A stretch of DNA of 64,000 bases from Chiloscyllium plagiosum (Eukaryota): positions 65,095,866-65,159,865 of the forward strand of contig NC_057719.1 in NCBI RefSeq assembly GCF_004010195.1, in the 5' to 3' direction. How positions within the stretch are numbered: the first letter of the stretch is position 1; the number at the start of each line of letters is the position of its first letter. Below, piece by piece: positions 38,580 to 50,797 of the stretch. Position numbers and translations under genes: made by a program. The notes under the pieces are model-generated. The model saw only the letters and a program-made list of their open reading frames with translations, made no database searches and was not told where the DNA came from.

Positions 38580-39125
38580 ATTCCACTAGCTTGTACTTCC
38601 AAAACCCAAAATAATGTCCAACATCAGATGTGATTCTACAATTAGACACCATTTACTGGATAATTCTAAGTGTGCAAAGAATTATGTTGACAAATCTAGG
38701 TTTGTCAGTCAGGCTTACAATATGGCACATTTGCACCTACTGGAAGCTACATAGAAAATAGACTGGACCCTGTTGTTTGCAAACAAAAATAACATGTGCA
38801 TGCACACACTATACCTATTTCAACCCAACAAAACAATGACAGCAAATCTCTTGTTCATTGTCCTGAGAAACATCTTGACTCATCAGAATCAAGCTGCCTG
38901 GCTTGACATTTAAATCAAGTTTGTCAATTAATGATTAGTCATCATCTAACTGGTGCATTCTCCATGGCAATGCCACTAACAATCAGTCAGCTTGCAAACC
39001 AGGCACTACTCTCCTCTCGTACAATATAAATGTGTTCTCCCTTTCCTTTGGTAGTCTTGTAAGTTGTGCTGCTGAGTGCAAGACGAGAACTTTGACAAAA
39101 TGTTAATTTTTCCAGAAATACTGAA
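38580..39125 (+). mobile_element. Penelope-like element (family E) 3' end
   Basis: Decayed CDSTIRHHLLDNSKCAKNY..FVSQAYNMAHLHLLEAT..PVVCKQK (GIY-YIG C-terminus). Decayed hammerhead ctgctgagtgcaagacgaga near 39070. Confidence 0.7.
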
Positions 39126-39529
39126 GCTGTGTATTACATAAAGATTATGTGAACTTCCTTAATCATAGATTCCAGTGTTTTCCCAAGGTCAGATGTTAAG
39201 TTCCTGGCTTCTGTGTCTTGAACTGTGAAAAGAAATGCAAAAGAAAAGAAAAGAAATGCAAAACACTTATTCAATTTCCCTACCACTTCCTTGATTCCCA
39301 TCATCAACTCCCAAGTCTCACCATAAAAGGAATCAATGTTACGTGTTGCTAATCTTTTACTTTTATCAATTTCTCCATTCCAATTCCACTTTTTCAACTT
39401 TGTTTTCTTAATTATTCTTTGTTCTAAAATTTTCAATCTTTTGTCGTGTCACTGATATTTTGGACAGTATTTTACATTTTCTCTTTCAATTTGATGCAAT
39501 CTTTAAGTTCCTTTGTTAGCCATAGATTG

Positions 39530-39660
39530 AATCTTAGAATCCCTTCAGTGTAGAAACAGGCCCTTTGGCCCAACGACTCCGAAGAGTATCCCACTCAAAC
39601 CCATTCCCCATTACTCTACTTTTACCCCTGACTAATGCACCTAACCTGTACATCCCTGAA
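39530..39660 (-). mobile_element. HE1-type SINE, 3' part only
   Basis: tagaatcccttcagtgtagaaacaggccc..acatccctgaa, then an abrupt switch to the duplicated flank. Confidence 0.85.
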
Positions 39661-39862
39661 AGTGAGTGCATTCTTCACTAAGCTCTGGATTTCTGGACAT
39701 TCAGTTGCCACTAGCTGCCTACCAGGGATTAAATGTTGTCTGTGGCTAAACAGTAGGGTGCTTGGCAATAGATACTGTGCCTCATTCTTTAATAGGAAAT
39801 AATTAGTGTGTAAACTACAAATGCCCTGTGTTCTCTTCCACCTGTCTTAGCACCAAAGGCAA
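39658..39862 (+). repeat. Second copy of 33810-34014
   Basis: Direct, highly similar copy. Confidence 0.92.
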
Positions 39863-40199
39863 TAGAATCATAGAATCTGTTCAGTGTGGAAACAGGTCCT
39901 TCAGCACAATAAGTCTGCACCGACCCTCCAAAGAGTAACCCACTCAGACCCATTTCCCTACCCCGTGTTTACTAATGCACCTAACCTACACATCCCTGAA
40001 CACTATGGCCAATTTAGCATGGCCAATTCACCTAACCTGCATATATTTGGATTGTGGGAGGAAACTGGAGCACCCAGAGGAAACTGACGCAGACACAGGG
40101 AGAATGTGCAACCTCCACACAGACAGTCGCCCACAGTTGGAATCAAAACTGGGTCCCTGGCACTGTGAGGCAGCCACGCTAACCAGTGAGCCACCATGC
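39863..40199 (-). mobile_element. HE1-type SINE
   Basis: Minus-strand HE1-like sequence. Confidence 0.9.
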
Positions 40200-40365
40200 A
40201 AATTGTGCATCCATTTTATGAATTATTTCTCAATTGAATATAATTTTTGTTGAGGGCTATGAAATAGCTCCTTAAATATTAGCCATTGCTTATCTGCTTT
40301 ACCCTATTTTTCATTGCATACTGTAGCCAATGTTGCCTTCATATCTTTGCAGTTATTTTTATTTA

Positions 40366-40768
40366 ATGATGTGGAGAGGCTAGTATTGGGCTGGGATGGA
40401 CAAGGTCCGAAGTCACATGACACCAGGTTATAGTCCAACAGGTTTATCTGAAATCACAAGCTTTCAGAGCACTGCTCCTTTATTAGGTGAAGTGAGGAAA
40501 TGCACACAGGCACAGAATTTACAGGCTATCAGTTTCCACAGGACACTTTTGATCACCTGCAGAGAATTATTGTTCAGCCTGTCAACACTCCACTCACACC
40601 ATTTGTATGATCGTTTGATCTCTCAGCCTATTGATCTCTCTGCCTATAAATTCTGTGACGTGTGCATTTCTTCACTTCACCTGATGAAGGAGCAGTGCTC
40701 TAAACACGTGTAATTTCAAATAAACCTGTTGGACTATAACCTGGTGTTTTGTGACTTCTGACCTTATC
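40366..40768. mobile_element. Penelope-like family A variant, inverted pair
   Basis: About 40403-40526 is the reverse complement of about 40641-40764. CTGATGA-AGGAGC-agt-GCTC lies in the right arm. Confidence 0.85.
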
Positions 40769-41344
40769 TTTTGTTAGATTAAGACATGTTTTTTTTGGAT
40801 CCAAATTTCTAGACATCAAACTTCATGTGAAATTCATTGTTACAAACATTTTATCTTCAGGATTCTTTATTACACAATAATTTGTTATTCTTGTCTCCCT
40901 TTCACATTATCAGTTCTAAAATTGCTTGTTTTTGGTTGGTTGCAGAATGCCTTGTTTTGAGGAACTGATTTGAATGCATGCTGCAAGTTTATCCCCAAGG
41001 CCAGCTTTGTCAATACGTTGCATCCAATCTACATAAAGATTAAATCATCCATTGATTATTGCTTTCCCTTCAATACAGGCCTCCATTATTTGTTAATTTA
41101 TACTTTGTTGTATGTAGCTCCTTTAAAGGGTGGAGGAGGCACGAATAATTCCAACTAATACTTGTTTCCATTGGGTTTTTTTCCACTTCCATCCAATCTA
41201 TATTCTGAGCCATGATGATTTGTCACTATTCTGCTGATGTTATTCTTCATTAGCAGAACCAGCCACCTCCTTTACGTACAGCTCTTCTGAAATATCAAAT
41301 ATACAGGTCCAAGCTTTCCTACCATGTCTATGTTATATTTTTTA

Positions 41345-41552
41345 AAAAGTCATTTGCGGGGTGTGGGTATCACTAACTAGATCAGCATTTATTCTCCAAG
41401 TTGCATGTGAGCTGCCTCTGGAATTGCTGCAGTCTCTTTTCTAGGCCTTTAGGGAAAGAATTCAAGGATTTTGATGCAGCGATAAATGGTGATAAATTTC
41501 CAAGTTAGGCTGGTGAGCGACTGGAGGAGAGCTTACAGGTGGCAGTGTTCCA
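41345..41552 (-). mobile_element. 3' tail fragment of the tRNA-headed LINE family
   Basis: gggtgtgggtatcactaactagatcagcatttatt is the reverse complement of the family tail. Confidence 0.6.
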
Positions 41553-43271
41553 ATGTATCTTCTTTCTATTTATGCTATAAAATCATCCATCTTGAAACTG
41601 ATTGATCTTCAAATTGTTGCAGATGTTCATATGAAGAAAATCGAATTAGCGGCTTCTTATACCATGTTTACCTACTCTGCAGTATTTTCACACACACTTT
41701 CCTGGCACATTCTGCAGGTAGTGAAGTGCATAATCATAACCAGTATTGTCTTGTTCTTTCTCTTTAACCATATAAATTTCCCCACTTATGAGCCTTCTCC
41801 TCTACTAATTAGTTTAAAACTCTCTCAACAGCATAACATATGATATACCAGCCCACCTGAACCCAGCATGATTCAGGTGATGGTTGTTCCAACACCACAC
41901 GTTCCTCTTTCCCATTATTGGTAGACTGCCCGATCAATTACACATCAACCTTTGAGCCATGCATTCAACTCTCTGATCTATGTATTCAATGCCAATTTTC
42001 TTGTAACTCAGGTAGTAAGGTAGCAATGATCACCTTTTGTGATTCCAGTTTTTAATTTAATTCCCAGTTGCTCATACCCCTTCAGTGGAAAAACACTTCC
42101 TTAGTGCTACAGATGTCGTTGGTTTCCACGTGAGCCACAGCAATTGGATTCACTTCCTGTCACTCTGAGGTACCTTGCGCTCCTGAGGAGGGTGAAGTCT
42201 CCTTCACTTCTTACCCTGAGAATCACTGGGCTGTGGTGGTGCTTTGAACATGCCATCATCATTCCCACCTTCATGATCACACAGGAAGGTGGCAGCATTG
42301 TGATATTGATTACACGGCTAATGATTCAGAGACACAGGTAACATTCTGGGGATTTTGGGTTTGATTCCTAGCATGACAGTTGACTGAATTGGAATTAAAA
42401 TTTAAAACAAAAAGTATGAAATTACAAGCCTCATAACCTATTCCCAATTGTCATTAAAACTCATCTGGTTCTTTTACGGTAAGAAACCTGAAGTTATATC
42501 AAGCTTCTATAAAAGTCTCAAGTGAAAGAAACCAGATTGAAAATATCATTGACCTAGACACCAGAAATAACAATGATAAACTCAGCACCACTGATCCTAC
42601 AAAATCTTACATTGTAACATCTGGGGAGCAAAGCCAAAATTGGAAAAACTGTCTCTCAGACTTGAAGCAACAACCTGACAATGTCATACTTTTGAAATTG
42701 TGCCTTACTGATAACAATTCAGACAAACCACCACCATCCCTGGGTATGTCCTGACCCATTGGTAGGGCATAGCCACCAGAGATGGTAGCACAATGGAATA
42801 CAGTCAGGAGGATGCAGAGTGTACTCTGGATTGGGGACTGCAACAAATGTTTCCAAAAGTTGCCCTGCAGCACCACTGGTGACTGAGCTGGTTGAGTCCT
42901 AAAGGACATAGCTGCTAGGCTAGGTCAGCAGCACTCAGTGAAGGAACTAACAAGAGGGAAATACATACTTGACGTTATCCTTCCTGAACAGCCTGCCACA
43001 GATGCATCAGTCCATGATCAAGAGTGTCCACCACATATTTCTTATGGACACAAAGTTCTGACTTCATATTAAGGATGCCCTCCACTAGTTGTGAAGCACC
43101 ATCACCATTGTAAATGGACTATCACACAGACTGGGCATTTCAAAACAGGACATTGGTGAGGAGCTGTGGCCTATCAACAGCAGCCGAATTGTACTCCAAC
43201 ACGATCTGCAACCTCATGGTTCCCCTCTCTATCATTACCATCAAACCTTGGGTCAGTGAACAGTGAAGAAG

Positions 43272-43400
43272 TTTCCTGATGAAGAGCTTTTGTTCGAAAC
43301 GTTGATTCTCCTGCTCCTTGGATGCTGCCTGACCTGCTGTACTTTTCCAGCACCACACTCTCGACTCTAATCTCCAGCATCTTCAGTCCACACTTTTGCC
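43272..43400 (+). mobile_element. Penelope-like family B fragment nested in the LINE
   Basis: CTGATGA at 43276-43282 and GAAAC at 43296-43300. Flanks gaacagtgaagaag and gagcagtgaaggag (12/14). Confidence 0.82.
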
Positions 43401-44004
43401 GAGCAGTGAAGGAGGGCATGCCAGGTGTAGCATAAGGCGTATCTGAAAATCGTGTGCCAAGCGAGTGAAGCACTGTTGTAAGACTATTTGTGATCTAAAC
43501 AGCAAGTGGTAGGCAGAGCTAAGCAATTCCACAACCATCAGATTAACACTGCAGACCTGCCACATCCAGTTGTGAATGGCGGTGAGCAATTAAATAATTC
43601 ACAGGAGGATACTCCACAGACATTCCCCATCGTCAATGATAGAAGAGCCCAGGACATCAGTGCAAAACATAAGGATGAAGCATTTGCAACAGCCTTCAGC
43701 CAGAAATGCTGAGTAGGTGGTATCCTCTAGAGGTCCCAGGCATCACAGCTTTGAGTTTTCAGCCAATTTGATTCACTCGATGTGATGTCAAGTAAAGGCT
43801 AAGTACACTGGATACTGCAAAACGCAAAGTGCTGTGACAATGTTCCAGCAGTAGTACTGAAGATTTGTGCTCCATGACTTGCTGAGCCCCTAACCAAGTT
43901 GTTCCTATACATCTCCAACTCTGGCATGTAACAGGCAATATGGAAAATTGCACAGGTGTGTCTTGCACAAAGTAGGACAAAAATACACACTGATTCATGC
44001 GAGG

Positions 44005-44408
44005 TCAAGACTAAGATATCAGAAGTGGTTGAATATATTTGCTGGAGTTAGGAGTATATTTGCTGGGTTTCAGAAGAATGAGAGGTGAATTTCATGGAAA
44101 CCTATAAAATTCTAATAGGAGTAGATAGGGTAGGTGCAAGAAGTATGTTCCCAATGACTGTGAGGCAATACCCAGGGGCCACAGTCTCAGGTTATGGGGC
44201 ATACCGTTCAGGATAGTGATGAGGAAAAATATCTTCACCCAGAGATTGGTGAGCCTGTGGAACTCACTACAATGGAAAGGGATCGAGGTGAAAACATCTC
44301 ACGATTTCAGGAAGGAGTTGAATACAGCACGTGGGGCTAAAGGGATCAAAGAACATGGGGGCTGAGGGGTGCACATGGTGAAAAGCAGGAACAGACTATT
44401 GAACTGGA
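44005..44408 (+). mobile_element. CR1 3' end nested in the LINE
   Basis: agaagaatgagaggtgaatttcatggaaacctataaaattcta (RRMRG..ETYKIL). Confidence 0.8.
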
Positions 44409-47144
44409 GTAAGGCCACACCTATCCATGTGTGGCATCAAAGAGCTCCAGTGAAGTCAGTGGGAGTTTAGGGAGAGTGGGGCAGTAACCTCTCTGGTTGC
44501 AGTCGGAACTGGCATAGGGAAGATGGTTCTCATTGCTGCTGGACAGTCATCAACAAAAACAAATCTCAGCTCCTGGACAACTCTTGAAGAGTCTCTCAGG
44601 GTAGTGTTCTAGGCCCAACTATCTCCAGATTCTTTGACAATGACCTTCTCTACACCATAAGTTCAGAAGTGCGATGTTCACTGATTATCTAAATGTTCAG
44701 TACCATTCATGACCACTCAAATGCCAAAGCAGGGCATATTCAAATACAGCAAGACCTGGACAATAGCCAGGCTTGGGCTGCCAAGAGGCAAGTAATGTCC
44801 ATGCCATTAAAATGTGAAACAATGACCATCTGCAACAAAAATGAATTTAACCATTGCCCCTTGACATTCAATGGCATCATCATCACTGGATCCTCATAAT
44901 ATCAACATCCTGAGCTTTATTATTGCCCAGAAATGGGATTGGACAAGCCATATGAAAAATGCAGTTACAAGAACAGGTCAGAAGCTAGGAATCCTGAAAT
45001 GAGAAATTCACTTCCTGACATCCCAACTCCTGTCCACCAACTACAGGATACAAGCCTAGAGTATGATGGAATACTCTCCAACAACATTCAAGAACCTTAA
45101 CACCACCCAGGACAAATTGACACCACAAACATTCACTCTCTCCATTACTGATGCTCAATTGCAGCAGTGCATGCTGTCAAAAAGATGCACTGTAGAAGTT
45201 CACCAAGGATCCTTAAACAGCACCTTCCAAATTCATTACTACCACTATCTAGAAGGACAGGGACAGCAAATACACAAGGACATCATAACTTGCAAGTTCC
45301 CCTCTATGCCACTCACCACCCTGACTTGAAAGTATGTCACCATTCCCTCTCAAGGTCAAAAGTCTGGAATTCCCAACTTACAACATGCAGACCGCAGCAG
45401 TTCAAGAAGGCAGCTCACCACCACCTTCAATTAAGGAAGGAAATAAATGCCGGCCTAGCCAGAGATAGTCACATTCCATGAGTAAGTAAGGGGGAATAAG
45501 ACATCTTGTCCTCAGTTGCTGCCTGTGACTGCTAAGCAATTGAAATAGAGCAGATCAGAGCAGGTACCCCTATGATATCTGCTTCAACTTCTACAATTCT
45601 GCTGGGTAAAGTGATATTCTTGCTATAAAACATAACCCCTCCATGATCACTGCAACCCTCGTATACAACAAGGAAAGCTTTGTAATTTTAGGGGAATTCA
45701 GTTTCTGTTAAAGCAAAAAAGCCCGATGGAGAGAGGAAAGTCTCTTTTTCTTAAGTTGTGGGCTCTTATCCAAAGAACTCCACTTTGTTAAGCTTAATGT
45801 ATCATTAAAGCTGAATTATAATTAATGGCAAATACAACTCTTTAACAATATTACATCACAACAGATATTTGAATACGCACAGTAAAGAAAAGTTGACTTG
45901 AATTTCTAAGGTCAGAAATATTGCCATTAAGTCAGGACAAAATGAGATTGACATCTGATATAGCTATCACTACCTGAAGAGAAAGCATTTTTAAATTAAA
46001 ATAGAATTATGTATCCACTGATGTGTAAAGACATCAGATTCTTGATATATTTGTGGTGTACTGAACTCAAAATATAGGTGGAATTCTGTCTCTGCTGAAC
46101 AGTTGAGAAGGATTACATCAAGTTGCTTTGTGGTATCATGTTAAATATAAATGTAATCCCTCCAAATCCAGTGAAGGTATAATTTTGGTTTCAGATTTGG
46201 AATGCCCACACTTTGATCTTATAGGATCAAAATAAGCTTAATCAGCTCAGTGTTTGGATTAGAAAGTGTTGACAGTTTGAGTTGGCATCTGGGTACTTTA
46301 CAAACCTTTCAGTTGTCTTGGCCATGTCTAGATAATTAATTTACATAAACAGCCTGTTTCTTGGAATGCTGGCTTGGAAAATCAATGAGTTCGACAGGGC
46401 TCATTGGTTAAAGGGAATTGACAACTGTCTGGTTGGGTGCCATTGTTATCACAATGAATTACTAGTTAACAATGTCATTGGATGTGAACATTACCCCGAA
46501 TGTGAACATTTGGTTTACTTTTAGTCAAAAGACTCCTAGTGTTTGATGCTCTCTTTAGGATTGTCATCAAAGTGAGTGGCTGCTGTGTATTGGAATAGAA
46601 ATGAAAATATATGCGATTATTTAATGAAATTGGTGAATAAGATGTCTTGATCTAACTTACAATTGGACCTTTTGTGCATTTCTAGATATAATTTACAATT
46701 CTATTTTCTTTCCCAGTGGAGGAAAGCAGAATGATTGTTAAAGATAGATCGGTGCAACCTGCACATGATTATGTTAGGAATTGGATGGATTGACTTGTTC
46801 ATTTATATTTAGTTGAAATGATTATTGTGCAATTCTTTTTATACTTTAAATTATTCATAACTGTTGTAAACTGCAATTAATTGTTTTATTTGTATCGAGC
46901 CCATGTTCCCAGAACATTAATCAGAGCATTTGGATTATTAATTCAGTGACAATATCAAACCACCATCACCTTTTCTCATCTGCTAGTAACACTTTTACCA
47001 TCTGCTGATACTCAAGGAGACTTGTTTGGCTTAAGCAGATTTGGAATTATTTCCTCTCCCTCCTCCTCAACCCATTTCTCACTGGTGCAGCTAATAATTG
47101 GTTAATTACCCGCATGTGTCCATAGATAATGGATTTTGTCAGGG

Positions 47145-47262
47145 CGTCTTGCAATGCAGAGGTGGTGTTCTTATCTCTGAGCCAGGAAGCCTGTCTTCAA
47201 GTCCTTCCTGCTCCAGAGGTGTGTCATAGCATCTCTGAACAGGTTGATTAGAAGATATTATA
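47145..47262 (+). mobile_element. Short tRNA-derived SINE remnant
   Basis: Degenerate A and B boxes (..cttcaagtcc), then tgctccagaggtgtgtcatagcatctctgaacaggttgattag. Confidence 0.45.
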
Positions 47263-48814
47263 ATGGATGTTGTCATTTTGTCCTTTTTTATTGTGTTGAT
47301 ACATCTTGAAATTAGCTGGAGGTGAAATATCCTACTGCTTCATACAAGATAGAGTACCTCGTCTGTTTAAAAACAAGAGCTATATCCTCTTTGAAAGAAG
47401 TAACCTTGCTATTTATGTGCATGGGTATGCTAAATTAAACCTACAGCTGTCATAATATTCTCTTAGTCGTGTGGAAATCGGCTGTTAAAACTTAAAAGAG
47501 CCAGAATTGCTTGCTTATTACGTGGCTCACCATACCTAAAGTTCACCATATGTTCCTTTTGCATTTATTACATTATGATCATATTTAAACCTTTTTAATG
47601 ATGGATGCACAAATAGCTTGGAACGAGCTAAAAATGGGTTGTCCATGGGGAACTGGGTTTTGTCAGGAATGACGCTTTGATAGCAATCACAATATTCATT
47701 CTTTTGCAATGGGAGGAATGTGCTTCCTCTTTCCACTCATTTCATACAGTCTTTCCATACAAAAAAACACTTGTTTTCCATCAAATGAGTTTTTCCTTTT
47801 ACAAAGAATAGGAAAGCATTCTTGTTCAACTATTGTAGCTGGAAACCCAAAATGTGTCTAGATTCTAAAATTTAAAAATAAAAACCTCATCTGTATCTGA
47901 ATGATGTAATATTGGGATCAGGAAATGTCAGTAATTGCTGGTAAACTCAAGAACATCATGTCTTTTTGGGAATGTTTCCAAGCCTTATTGTTAGATATTT
48001 CTTTAGCTATACTTTCTTATTCTTGGCTGTTTGTAGTCATGGAGAATGTAGGAATACCAAATATTGTGCATGCTGGGAATCTAAACTAAACAGAGATGTT
48101 CAAAATACGTAGCAGGTCAGGCTGCAGCAGCAGAGAGGAAAAGCTGTAAAAATTACATGGATTTTTTATTTTCGACGTTAAAAATATAAAATGGAAATTT
48201 GGATTATTTGCTTTACACAACTCAAAAAAAGAATGGTAAAAGAATGTGGCCTCATATTGATTATACAAAGATATGTTTTTTAAGAAACTGGATTTTTATG
48301 CTTTCACGGGAAATGCTAGTATCAGCTTTGTTTAGGGGGAAGAAAAAGTAACTGCCCAGCATTAGTGTTTGGATGGTTTAAAATAGCAGTTTTGAATTGA
48401 AGTGAGAGGAGAGAAAGCAATTTGAGACAGACCACCAAAAATATTTAAGCACACTGGATCCTTCTCTCTCTGTCTCTTTCTTTTCTTTGAAATAGTAAAG
48501 AAATAACACTCTACGACTTTGCAAATGAGAGCTTAAAGCCCAGACTGAATCCAGCTGACCAGTTACCGAATTAAAGATAATCTCAGTCAATGAGATTTCA
48601 TTGATAAAAAAACCAAAAAAAAAGTCCCAGAGAAAAGTCACCCTATTTCCCCTTTTGTCTTGGATCCACAGACATTGTGTCATTTTTGCTCATATTTTAC
48701 ATCTGCAACATTCTTAAAAAGACTGCTTGCCTTGTCTGTCTGTTTGTCCTAAGTCTGAATAAACATTTGTGTTTTGATTTAATGGAGACTTTTTTAAGGT
48801 ATGAGGAGAAATTA

Positions 48815-49218
48815 CATAAATAAAGCCAGGGGGATTGTAGAATGTAGAAGGTTAAGGAATGATGTGATCAAGATATTAACAGAAAGGACAGGGTAGATAA
48901 AGATAAAGTGTATCCACTCATTGGAGGTCCTTTAGTTCTAATAGTCTGAGAATTAGGGCCAGACTCTCCAGGAGAAAATGTTCAGAAGCATTTCTACACA
49001 CCAAGGATGTTAGACCTATGGAACTTTCTTTCACAAATGGCAGTGGATGCAGGCTCAGTTAGTTTTAAATCTGAGATAGATACGTTTTTTCAAGCAAAAT
49101 ATTAAGGGTTTTGTTCTAAAGGCAATATATGGAGTCAGGCCACAGATCACCGGTGTTCTCGTTGAATGAATGGTGGAACAGGGCCTAGGAGCTGAATGGC
49201 CTACTCCTGATCCTATAT
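48815..49218 (+). mobile_element. CR1 3' end
   Basis: agaaggttaaggaatgatgtgatc (RRLRND.I) and tail gggcctaggagctgaatggcctactcctgatccta. Confidence 0.8.
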
Positions 49219-50781
49219 TTAAGTTTGCATTGGTCATTGATAATCTGTCTTGTCATGTTAGAGCATAAGTTTCTTATAATTTTTTGGCTTTCTTGTTCAT
49301 TGATAAAACCTGGTAGAGTTTGTTTTATCTCAGATAGTGGTCACCAGTGAGATGTTAAGATGAGTAGGTAAATTGGTCAAATTTCACAGTTGTTCAGGTC
49401 GATGATTGACCTAAGTCATTTTGAGGAACAATCGGTTGAAAAGCTAAGTGAAATGTTACTTCTCTATCTCTTTCCACCACACAGCTGATTAGTTCCAGCA
49501 TTTTCAGTTGTTCGTGACCAAGGAGAAACAATAAAGGGATCTCATTGTGGCAACAGTAATAATTTATAATCGGTGCTGTAGCTGTATTGATTTTCTTTTC
49601 TTGTGCAAAATAAAGTTTTGCATTTTAAAATCAACGAACTGTTGTAAGCTTCGAACATTTTTGTATGTCATTTTAAACTGAGCAGTGATTAATGAATTGT
49701 CAATCACCAGTCAAATTAAGTTTAAATTATGACCTTAAAGAGCAAAACTGTTGGGTGTTTTGGTAATATTTTGATAAAACCTGAGACAGAATATTCCTAC
49801 AGATTGATGTTCTTCTCTTCAATGTTGTTTTAATGTATCTATGAAGTATTCATTTTTAGAGAATTATTTGACATATGTTATGGGGAGAGAGAGAGAGAGA
49901 AGTATATGAAACTAAACATTATGCTGCATTGATCTGAATGAAGTTTGCCTTGGCAATTGGGCAGTTTCTAAAAATATAGCCAGGGAAATGGAAATTAAGT
50001 GTTTGGTATGGAGCAAAAATACTGTGCCATCAAATTAAAATGGAACAGTATTGTACTTGTGAAGGCAGAGTCCCTACACACAGTCCAACCAACACAAATG
50101 CCATTTAGTTGTAATTTTAACATGTCTGTTAAGCAAGATAAAGCAATTGGAACTGTTTTTGCTTTGAACCAACAATGATCATAGCAGCATTGTGGAAATT
50201 GTGAAGAGGAAAGTTCAGGATTCTTCATAAAGGGTGTTGTAAAATTGCTTAAAATATTAGTGCAAATCTGCTTTCACCCAGAAATCAGGAATAAATATTA
50301 AAGGTTTTAAGTATTGTACAAAATGATAAATTGATTTCACAGAAACAGGGCTATGATAAAAATCACTGAAGATTTATGAAGTATATTTTTGTGACTAATC
50401 TAATTGATGAATGTTTTCAGAAGGAAAATCAATACACTAAAGAATTGAAGTAACTAATGATGAGAACTAAGAATCCTAATACAATTTTTAGGTAATTACT
50501 ATTAACTTTGTAGGTGTGAGATCTTTAACTCAAAATCCTTAACTGAATATATTATCATCTAAGATGGTCTGAAAGAATGTATAAGACCCAATCGAATGAG
50601 GGAACAAGTGATGAATATATTAAATAAAAGTGATTTGGTTCTGAAATGGTTGTATAAATGTAGAGAGCAATTAATCAGTGGGGGGTGAACTTGATTTCAG
50701 TTAATCACACTCCATAAAGCCTTCACGAAAAGCATGGACTTTGACTCTGTTGAAATACAATTACAATCGAGTGTATAACAT

Positions 50782-50797
50782 TGTTAGCAGAGAATGA
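50782..50797 (+). promoter_or_regulatory. Primer-binding site complementary to initiator tRNA-Met
   Basis: tgttagcagagaatga versus TGGTAGCAGAGGATGG (13/16), just after ..TAACA and just before gag. Confidence 0.7.

Larger units (their letters stand above)
39135..42185 (-). mobile_element. Decayed CR1 LINE (ORF1/endonuclease/linker), interrupted by SINEs, a duplicated flank, a Penelope pair and a LINE tail
   Basis: Minus-strand ELMMGIKEVVGKLNKCFA and DLGKTLESMIKEV; CR1-like endonuclease and ORF1 remnants to the right. Confidence 0.65.
42288..45490 (+). mobile_element. Decayed non-LTR retrotransposon with tRNA-like head directly followed by APE endonuclease and RT (no visible ORF1)
   Basis: Head as at 7268 and 19265. 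Decayed NIWG..PKLEKLS.RL.KQQPD, TIPGYVLTH, HVWHQ, SQGSVLGPTI and MFTDY motifs; tail aataaatgccggcctagccagaga. Confidence 0.82.
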
